Source: Candidatus Saccharimonadota bacterium
Lineage (GTDB): Bacteria > Bacillota_I > Bacilli_A > Mycoplasmatales > Hepatoplasmataceae
DNA length: 32,000 nt
Direction of reading: 5' to 3'
Assembly: GCF_000582535.1 (NCBI RefSeq)
Contig: NZ_CP006932.1
Location: 570,001 to 602,000 of the forward strand
The notes beneath the pieces were generated by a model. The model saw only the letters and a list, made by a program, of their open reading frames with translations. It was not told where the DNA came from and made no database searches. The translations under genes and the position numbers were made by a program. Positions 1 to 8,752 of the stretch are shown here, piece after piece (positions within the stretch are counted from its first letter, which is position 1; each line of letters starts with the position of its first letter).

Positions 1-102
1 AGCAGCAGAAGTAATATCTTTTTGATCTGCTTTTTTAACTTCCGTTTTTTCTTTTGATTTTTCCTTATTTTCTTTTGAGGGGGGGGGTGAATTATTACTC
101 AT
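1..102 (-). CDS. 5' end of an unidentified protein gene running off the left edge (MSNNSPPPSKENKEKSKEKTEVKKADQKDITSAA...)
   Basis: ATG at 100-102 (minus) with a GGAAG-type RBS about 10 nt upstream; open to position 1; contains the C9 run (G9 on + strand, 79-87) encoding PPP. Confidence 0.4.
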   Translation of the reverse strand, partial: MSNNSPPPSKENKEKSKEKTEVKKADQKDITSAA

Positions 103-351
103 ATTGTATCTTCTTCCTCATTTATATTTATTTTTATTTAAATTTTTTTATAAAAATCCCCTTTTATATAATTCTTTATATTTACCTTTACAAATAAATA
201 ATAATACTTTCTAAAATTATTGTTTTGTTTTTGTCTTAATTATTTTAAATTTGTCTAGACAAGTTAATTTTTAATATCAATTTTTAAGCAAAAAATAGTA
301 TATTAAAAATAAAAAGATAATAAGATTTTTATTATTTTAAATGGAGAAAAA

Positions 352-1209
352 ATGCCACTTGTAAAAGGAAAAATTTTAATAAAAGATGCAATAAAAAGAA
401 ATTATGCGATTCCTGCTTTTGGAATAGTAAATTTAGAAGGAGCTAAAGCAGCAATAGAAGCTGCAGAAGAATTAAATGCTCCAATCATTTTACAAACAAC
501 AGAAGGAGGAATAAATTATGCTGGTCATGAAGAATTAGCAGCAATTGCAATTGCGAGTGCAAAAAAAGCAAAAGTTCCTGTTGCTGTTCATTTAGATCAT
601 GGAAGAAATATTGAATATCATAAAAGATCATTAGAACTTGGATATACTTCCCTTATGATAGATGGTTCTACATTACCATTTGACGAAAATATTAAAATTA
701 CAAATAAAGTAAAATCATTAATAAAAGATCAAGATATATCATTAGAAGCAGAACTTGGAATGATAGGCGGAAAAGAAGATGATATCGAAGAAGAAGCTGA
801 TCATTTTACAAAAGTAGAAGATGCTATTAAATTTATTAATAATACCAATATTGATATGCTAGCTATTGCTTGTGGTACTAGTCACGGTTTTTATGTAAAA
901 GAACCTAAAATAAATATCTCTTTAATTAAAGAGATATATGATAAAACAAAAAAACCACTAGTATTACATGGCGGAACAGGAGTTCCTTTAAATCAAATTA
1001 CTAAAGCTGTACAAGCAGGAATAAGAAAAGCTAATTTTGATAGCGAACTTAAAAAAGCAATTATCTGTGGAATATTAGAATATATGTATAAAAATCCTGA
1101 TGCTTTTGATCTTAGAAAGATCTTCCAAGAAGGAATTAATCAAGCAAAAGAAGTAGCAAAAAGTAAGATAAAAGCTGTACAAGCAGATGGAAAAAATTGA
1201 TTAAGATAA
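352..1209 (+). CDS. fba: class II fructose-1,6-bisphosphate aldolase
   Basis: ORF-track protein 352..1200 shows class II aldolase hallmarks (PAFGIVNLE, PVAVHLDHG, LEAELG..GGKED, LHGGTG); GGAG RBS before the ATG; with code 4 the TGA at 1198-1200 is Trp and the ORF ends at TAA 1207-1209. Confidence 0.92.
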
Positions 1210-1421
1210 TGGATATATTTTGAAATATATTTTATCAAATTTTAATGTTTATATTCGCTTGTTGAATTATTTGATTTTTCTTTGAATCTAAAAATATTTT
1301 TTTAAAAGCAGGAGGAGTAATAATTTTATTAATTTTATTAGTATTATTTATTATAAGTATTTTAAATACATATTTTAATTTTGATATATTTAATTTAAGT
1401 TTAAATGCAAATTATAAATAA
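1209..1421 (+). CDS. possible small (70 aa) two-helix membrane protein, hypothetical
   Basis: ATG overlaps the fba stop (TAATG); open only under code 4 (4 in-frame TGA); two hydrophobic stretches (ILMFIFACWIIWFFF and GGVIILLILLVLFIISIL); TAA at 1419-1421. Confidence 0.3.
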
Positions 1422-1563
1422 ATAATTAAATTAGTAAAATTTTATAATGACAAAAAATAGAAAAATCAAAAATTTTCAAGAAAATAGAACAAAAATAGAA
1501 AAAATATAAATATATAAATTTATTATGAAAAGCAAAATACATACTAATTACTTCTATACTATA

Positions 1564-2075
1564 ATTTGAAGAAAATATTAAAATTACAAATAAAGTAAAA
1601 TCATTAATAAAAGATCAAGATATATCATTAGAAGAATAACTTGGAATGATTGAGGAGAAAGAAAATAATAGAAGAAGAAGTTGATCATTTTGCAAAAGTA
1701 AAAGATGCTATTAATATTTATTAATATTATAAATATTGATATGTTAGTTATTCTTGTGGTAATTATTAACGGTTTTTATGTAAAACAACCAAAAATAAAT
1801 ATCTTTTTAATTAAAGAAATGTATGATAAAACAAAAAACCAATAGTATTATATAGGAGAAAAAGAGTTCCTTTAAATCAAATTAATAAAACTTTAAAAAT
1901 AAGAAGAAGAAAAGCCAATTTTGATAGTGAATTTAAAAAAAATTGCGGAATTTTAGAATATATGTATAAAAATCCTGATGCTTTTGATCTAAGAAAAATC
2001 TTTCAAGAAGGAATAAATTAAACAAAAGAAGTTGCAAAATTAAAAATAAAACTTTACAAGCAGAAATAAGAATTA
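1564..2075 (+). pseudogene. decayed duplicate of the 3' half of fba (matches about 678-1200 of the intact gene)
   Basis: Hand alignment: the first ~64 nt are identical to 684-747 of fba, then progressive substitutions, small indels and in-frame TAA/TAG stops; colinear to the fba C-terminus (..YMYKNPDAFDLRKIFQEGIN..). Confidence 0.85.
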
Positions 2076-2191
2076 ATTTTTTTAATACTCTTTTTCAAGA
2101 AATTTTTATATCATTTTTAATTTAAGTATTATACAAATAGAATTATTAATTCAAAATTTAAATGAATTAAAAGATTAATTATAGAAAGATT

Positions 2192-2305
2192 TTATTTATT
2201 TTTTTTATTTTTTTTAGAATTTTTTTCTTTATTTGATTTATAAAATAGCATTGATAATGCAAAAATAAAACCAACTATACCTAATATTAAAAAAAATATT
2301 TCCAT
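2192..2305 (-). CDS. possible 37-aa single-pass membrane peptide (MEIFFLILGIVGFIFALSMLFYKSNKEKNSKKNKKNK)
   Basis: ATG 2303-2305 lies 27 nt downstream of the stop of the 638-aa gene on the same strand; hydrophobic helix plus Lys-rich tail; TAA at 2192-2194. A short ORF in AT-rich DNA, so weak. Confidence 0.25.
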   Translation of the reverse strand: MEIFFLILGIVGFIFALSMLFYKSNKEKNSKKNKKNK

Positions 2306-2331
2306 AACATAATTATAATTCAAAATATATT

Positions 2332-4248
2332 TTAATCATCATTATCTGGATTAGAATAATTAAAATTAAAAATCATATCAATTTTATTATTATAATAATT
2401 TCAAAAATGAACTCCTTTTTTTAATAATTTTAAAATTTCTTGTTTTTCATATTCAAAAACATTTTGATTAAAAATTTTTATATCTTCTGTTTTAGAAATT
2501 TTTAGATATATAAAATTTTTTTTTGAATTTAGAATTTCAAATAAGTTAGAAAAATAATTAAAATAATATATTCCTTTTTTATGAAATTCAAAAGCAATTG
2601 ATTTAATTGCATAGAAATTAGGCATAATTAATTTTAAAGAAGTATAATTAAATCCTTTTAAAGCTTCATTTTCTAATTCTTTTCCAGAATTAGAAATAGA
2701 ATTTGATTCATTTTTTATAGATTTATGATTTAAAAAAGTATCAATTTCATTTAGCGCAGAACTAGCAGCAAGTCCTGCTCATGCCCCGGCCCAAATTCCA
2801 TCTGTAAAAAAAGTTAATAAAGCACCCATTCCTAATCCAATTGTTGGAACTAAATAATCACCTTTACCATTTAAAGTAGAATTTTGTTTATATTTTAAAT
2901 ATTGATCTGTATTTTTTCATAATTGAAAATCTCTATTAATTTCAAGTCAATATCTTTTATCTTCAATTGAAGATAATAATTTTAAATTAATAGTTCAAGA
3001 AAAAGGACTAAAACTATAAAAATAATTTGCAATAATATTATCTTTTTTTAATTTTGGTAAATCTTTTTGAGAAAAAGATAATCCACTACCAAAATTTTCA
3101 TTTTGACCAGATATTTCAAATTGCTTAAAAGGATAAAAATTTAATATTTCTTCATCATTGTAATCTCAATTATCTCCAATATTTTTATTATTTTCAGAAT
3201 AATTAATTATAGAATCTGAATCCATAATTTTTAATTGTCCTATAATTTGTTTTTTATCCATATTATCATCATCATTTTTAAAGTTTTTTAATACTATTCC
3301 AAGAGCTTTACCACTATTTACATCTTCTACGAAACCTACATCTTCATTATTGAAAACCAATCCGCCATAAATATCAGATCATTCTCCAATATTTCCTAAA
3401 GGATAATTATCGACAACCGTAATATTTAATATTTCATTATCTGGTAAATTTCTAGCTCACTCATAAGATATTTTTCCAGATATTTCTGCAATTAAATTAC
3501 CTAATAAATCAAATATTTTCATTTTACTACCAATACTTGTAATAGGACTAAAAATTACATTATAAACCTTATCAATTTGTTGAATAGTATCATTTTCATT
3601 TCTTTTGCTTTTTTTGAAATGTAAAATATCTCCTGATTCTAAATTTTCAATATATTCTTTATTAATAAATATTAATAATCATTTTTGAATACCAAAACCG
3701 TCAGAAATATTTTGGCTTTGAGTAGAATTTAAAATATCATTGAAAAAATATTTTTCAATATCAAAATTATCAGATGGTTGATCATTTTGTAAAATTGAAT
3801 CATATAATAATTCATTATCAGAATTAAATTGTTTTTTAAAATTTATATGACATCTTTCAACTGAAAAATTTGTAAAAATATCAATTAATTTTGATAAATT
3901 ATAAGACTGTAATCAATTAATTTCTAATTCTAATTCTAATTCATTATCACTTATATAATTAATTTTAATTATATTTCAATAAGTTAAATTTTCTTGCAAT
4001 AAATTTTTTTTATTGAAAAAAGGATAATTTTTAACCTGAATTAAATCAATAATTTCAGAATTATTAAAAAAATAATCAAAATTAATTTCAGAATTATTAA
4101 TAATTAATTTAAAACTATTCCATTTCAAATCACTAATTAAAGTATCTGTAATTTGAAATGAATTTAAAGATTTTAGATAATTAGATATCCTCATTCTAAT
4201 TACCCTATTTTTTTGAATTTTTGTATTTTGAAATAATAAAATTTCCAT
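2332..4248 (-). CDS. hypothetical 638-aa protein with a glycine-zipper-like hydrophobic hairpin
   Basis: ORF-track pieces 3976..4248, 3166..3360 and 2401..2625 share one frame; I translated most of the gaps by hand (3601-3978 and 2623-3168) and found only TGA, no TAA/TAG; TAA stop at 2332-2334. Residues encoded at 2752-2850 read VPTIGLGMGALLTFFTDGIWAGAWAGLAASSAL, a local GC-rich patch. No enzymatic motif recognised. Confidence 0.7.
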
Positions 4249-4285
4249 CTAAATCTCCTAATTATTTTTAATTTAAAAAATAATA

Positions 4286-4305
4286 TTTAAATTATATAAT
4301 TTAAA
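4286..4305. promoter_or_regulatory. 20-bp perfect palindrome TTTAAATTATATAATTTAAA with back-to-back TATAAT boxes in the divergent intergenic region
   Basis: The sequence equals its own reverse complement; TATAAT at 4295-4300 (+) and its mirror at 4291-4296 (-); sits between the divergent starts at 4248 and 4369. Confidence 0.35.
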
Positions 4306-4368
4306 AAACAAACAATAAATTTATAAAAATAAGAATTAAAAAATAATTAAGAGAAGAAAATAAAAGAA

Positions 4369-6099
4369 ATGGAAAAAATAAAAGATTTTATTATACCTAA
4401 GGGTTATTCTATAGATTTAATTGTAAAAGAAGATGATCACGAATTAATTAATGCAGGAAAAATATTTATAAATGAATTAGAAAAAGAATATGAGAAATAT
4501 AAAGAAAATTTAAATAGAGAATATAAAAATATAGAAAAATATTTAAACAATAATTCAGTTTATTTTTCTAATGAAAAAATAGATAAAAAATCTCCCTTAA
4601 CAATTATCGATGCTCCTTGAGGAAGTGGTAAAACTTTTTTTATTGAATCATTAGCAAAACATATTATTGATAATAATATAAAAACAAATATTTTTAAAAA
4701 TATAATAATTTTAGATTCTTGAAAATATTCAAATTCTAAAAATATACCAGATGAAATAATATCTGAATTATTTTATATTCTTGCTATAAAATATGGAACT
4801 AAAGAAAATAATTTAAAAGAAAAACTTAAAAAATTTGGAAGACTTTTTTTCAACGCAACTGTTCTTTCATGAGCAAATAATTTTGGAAAATTGGATCTTG
4901 AAAAAATTAAACCAAAAGAAGAAAAGGAAATAAAAAATCTTTTATTAGATATATCAAACATTATTGAACCCACACTAATTGTATTTGATAACATTGAAAG
5001 AATTGGAAAATATTCTTGAGAAATACTTAAAGCAATTTTTAAAATATCTCAAATTGATAATTTTTGTTTTATTTTACCAATGAATACTAAAAAATTAAAA
5101 GAAAATGAATATGATGTTGATAACGAATATCCTATAGAAAAATATATCGATATTCCTTTTTTTAAATTTAAACAAGATTATTTATCATTTTTAAAAAAAT
5201 TTGGATTTAAAAACGAAGAAGCAAATTCAATTAATAAAATTTTAAATAAGGAAATAGAAGGACAAAAATTATCAATTAGAGAAGTAGAACAAAGATTTAA
5301 TAAAGAAAATATTAAAGAAATAGAAAATAAGTATGAAAAAATAAAAAAAATAGTAAATAAAATCTGAGGTTCAGTCGAGGAAGCAAAAAAATATTTATAT
5401 AATGATTTAGAAGAATTTTATTTAAAAATCATTGAATTAAAAAACAACTATGACGAATTCAAAAAAATAATTATAAAAAAATATTCAATTAAATATAGTA
5501 ATAATTATGAAAATGAAACAAATAATCTTAATTTATTAGTTGAAAAATTTTATAAATATGAATGAAGTTTTGATTATAAAGATTGATTTAATGATTTTAA
5601 TGAAGTATTAAAAGAATTAAAAGATTATGAAAAAAGAGATAAAAATAAAATTGAAAAATATGAAAAGGATATAAAAAATAAGAAAATTCAAATAGAAAAG
5701 ATCAAGGAAAACATATCTAATTTAATAAAATTAAACAAAGAAGAAGAACAAAAAGATTTAGAATTAATAAATTATGTAGAAATTGAAAATTTTAAAAATG
5801 CAATTAATAAGCATAATAAGGACATTTTCAATCTTAATAAAGAAATAAGAAATGATTCAATAAATATTGAAAATATCAAGAAAAAACTAATAAATTTAAA
5901 TTTTTATGATAATTTTAAAAATTTAAGTGATTTGTCCAAAAAATATAAAACTAATGAAAATAATTTATTTAAAAATGTTAACAAATATTTAATAAATATT
6001 TTTTTAGAGTTATTAGAAATAAAGGAAAATTTAAATTTATATGAAAAGAATATATTTATAAATAAAATATCAGAAAAAATTTTAAATATTAATTATTAG
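4369..6099 (+). CDS. KAP-family P-loop NTPase (576 aa) with a coiled-coil-like C-terminal half
   Basis: Walker A IIDAPWGSGKTFF (W is TGA 4618-4620) and Walker-B-like TLIVFDNIERIG match the KAP pattern GxWGxGK[ST] ... hhhhDDhDR; pieces 4369..4620 and 5080..5367 are in frame; hand translation is continuous to TAG 6097-6099. Confidence 0.8.
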
Positions 6100-6269
6100 A
6101 AATATTAAATATACTTCATTTATAATAAACAATTGCATTTTATCATTTACAAGATAATATTGAATTATTAAAAAAGATAAAATAAATGAAAAAAATAATA
6201 TTGAAGAAAAAATGATTATTTTAAAAAATAATATTAAATTTATTAATGATAATGTAAAAGGAAAATAAA

Positions 6270-7604
6270 ATGACTTTTTTAACACAAGAAAATCTTATAG
6301 TTATAAATGAAGAAATAAGATATAAATATGATTTGGAAATACCTCCTGTTTTCTTATATGGAAATTCAGATATAAAGGCTTTTATTAATTTAGGAGAATT
6401 ATTATCAAATGAATTTGATTTTGATAATAAAGAATTAAAAAAATTAAATGCAAAAAAATATTTTAAAATTTCAATTGAAGAATTAATAAATTCACCAGAA
6501 AATAAATCAGAACCAAAAGATTGAGGATTTGGATATTCAAAAGAATCTAAAAATGGAAAAGCATCGGGATCAGAAAGATCAAAAAAAATAAAACAATTTT
6601 TCCTTGAAAAACTAAATGCAAAAGAAAATTTAGAAGATAATTCTTTAATAAAATTAGAAAAAATTATTAATCCAGAAAAATTATCTGGTATTGGAGAAGA
6701 TTTAATAACAGATTTTGTTCTAATAACAAAGGAAAAAGAAATAAAAGAGTTTACAAAAATAATTTTTAATAAAATAGAAAAAGAAAAGGGATTAAAAGAA
6801 AATTTAATAATAAAATCACTACAAGAAAATTATAAAATAAATAACAATACAAATATTGATGCATTCCCTTTTTTAATTCCCATAAATATTGTTGATGAAT
6901 TTATTGGTAGTTTAGGAAAAGAATTTGAAAAAAGTATATTTAAAAAATTTATAAATAAAAATGATATTCATTTTGATTATAAAGAAGATGAAAAAGAAGC
7001 ATTTAAAACAAATTTTAGGTCATCTTTTTCAGAAAAAAGAAATGAATGATTAAATTTTAAAAAAATTAAGGCATCTGAGGAATTTTTAAAATTAAAAAAT
7101 GAAATTAAACAAATAAATTTTGACAAAAATTTTAACTTTTTATTAGAAAAGAAAAATTGAGAAATTAATTTATTTTTAAGCAATCGTGAAGTTTTAAGAA
7201 AAAATAATTTAAATAGAAATGTTTTAATTTTAAAAAAAGAAAATGGAGAAATTATAATAAAAAAATACTTTATAAGAAATGAAGAAATATTTCTTTTCAA
7301 TAGTAATTTAAATATTGAAAATTTAGCAATTAAAGAATTTAAAAGAGAAATTTTTAAAAGTAGTAAATATTCAAATTTTCCAATAAATATCGTAATTACA
7401 AGACAAAAATTTAATGAAAAAAATGAATTAAAAAATGTAAGCATTATGTATTTAAATACAAGACAAATTATTAGAAAAAACAATATTAAAAACGAAGATA
7501 GTTATATAAAAAAAACTATTAAAAATAAAGATAATTATAGAAAAAAATTTAGTAAATCTATAATAAATGGGAGTTAAATTTTAATAAAAGCTATAATAAA
7601 TAAT
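6270..7604 (+). CDS. hypothetical 444-aa protein (Lys/Asn/Glu-rich, no motif recognised)
   Basis: AAAGGA RBS before ATG 6270; ORF-track piece 6270..6524 continues through 3 TGA codons with no TAA/TAG (translated by hand) to TAA 7602-7604, 1 nt before the next ATG. Confidence 0.7.
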
Positions 7605-7605
7605 A

Positions 7606-8748
7606 ATGCAAACAAAAACAAATAACTATAAAAATGAATTACATTCAATTTGCACTTATTTAGCAATGTTTCCTCACAATATTCCGAATGAATATATAAA
7701 AAAATATACTAACAAAGGAGATACTGTATATGATCCCTTCTCTGGAAGAGGAACAACAATATTAGAATCATTACTTTTAGAAAGAAAAGCAATAGGAAAT
7801 GATTTAGCTCCTTTAGCTTATGTTTTAACAAAATCAAAAACAATTAATTATAGTTTAGATAAAATAATAAAAAGAGTAAATAAATTAAAAAATGAATATA
7901 TAAAATGAAGTAATATTAATAAAATAGATTTAGAACAAAAAGATTTTAAGGATGTTAAATATTTTTATAGTAAGTATAATTTAAATCAATTATTTTTCTT
8001 AAGAGAAAAAATAGGTAAAAATTATAGAAAATTAGATCAAATTGATAATTTTATTTTAGCAATTGCTTTAGGTTTAATGCACGGACAAATTAGAAAGGAT
8101 AATTCAACAATTTATTTTTCAATATCTATGCCCAATGGATATTCAATGTCTCCTAATTATGTAAAAAATTATAAAAATAAATATAATTTAATTCTTCCTA
8201 AAACTGATATTTTTGAGCAAATAATTAATAGAATAATAGTAAAACTTAAAAATAATAAAATAAATAATCTTAAATTTAAATCTAAAATATTTAATGAAGA
8301 TGCTTTAAAATCAAGTGAATTTATAAAAAACAAAAAACCAAAATTAATATTTACATCTCCTCCATATTTAAATGCAGTTAATTATGTAGAACAAAATTGA
8401 TTAAGATATTGATTATTAGGATTTAATAAAGAAGAAAATAAAAAAATAAAACTTGATGATAAACATAATAAAGAAAATTACAAAAATTTTTTAAAAAAAT
8501 TTTTAATTGAAATGAAAAAAATATTGGATCCTAACGGAACAATGATAATTGTAATTGGAGATTTAGAAAATAAAAAAATTCAAATTGATAAAATAATGAG
8601 AGAAATAATTTTGGATATAAAAAATTTAAAATTATTGGAAAGAATGAAAAAGGAAAAAAATAATTTAAAATTAAGTAGACAAATGGGAAAAGCAAAAGTA
8701 GGCAAATTAATAAATTATGATTGATATTTTATAATAGAAAGAATATAA
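7606..8748 (+). CDS. DNA methyltransferase, amino-MTase type (N6-adenine or N4-cytosine), alpha motif order
   Basis: Motif I VYDPFSGRGTT at about aa 40-50 and motif IV TSPPY at about aa 250; pieces 7606..7908, 8077..8400 and 8512..8724 are in one frame; TAA at 8746-8748. Confidence 0.85.
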
Positions 8749-8752
8749 AATT

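Noticed and set aside
2332-4248. Interpretation of the many TGA-interrupted genes (this one, the KAP genes, MTases, ychF, gp9-like genes) as pseudogenes
   Set aside because: The interruptions are exclusively TGA, never TAA/TAG. They fall at conserved Trp positions in recognisable families, and the frame is maintained across every fragment. This is code 4, not gene decay. True pseudogenes in the window (fba copies, MTase relic) show TAA/TAG stops and indels.
4773-4994. Short opposite-strand or off-frame track ORFs (4773..4994, 6082..6285, 20006..20218, 22355..22576, 25356..25550)
   Set aside because: Most overlap a longer motif-bearing code-4 gene antisense or out of frame (KAP NTPase, ychF, VOC protein, gp9-like copy 2). 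6082..6285 is mainly intergenic, clipping the end of the KAP gene and the start of the 444-aa gene. All have hydrophobic low-complexity translations typical of spurious AT-rich ORFs.
6100-6269. Possible promoter (TTGCAT-16 nt-TAATAT at 6133-6160) and a 12-codon mini-ORF in the KAP/444-aa intergenic gap
   Set aside because: Hexamers of this quality occur by chance throughout such AT-rich DNA, and the mini-ORF has no RBS. The evidence is insufficient for a feature call.
6977-7483. 168-aa minus-strand ORF in the track (MFFLIICLVFKYIMLTFF...)
   Set aside because: It lies entirely antisense to the continuous code-4 gene 6270-7604. Its Phe/Leu/Ile/Ser-rich low-complexity sequence is the expected mirror of a Lys/Glu/Asn-rich sense frame, and it has no RBS or motif.
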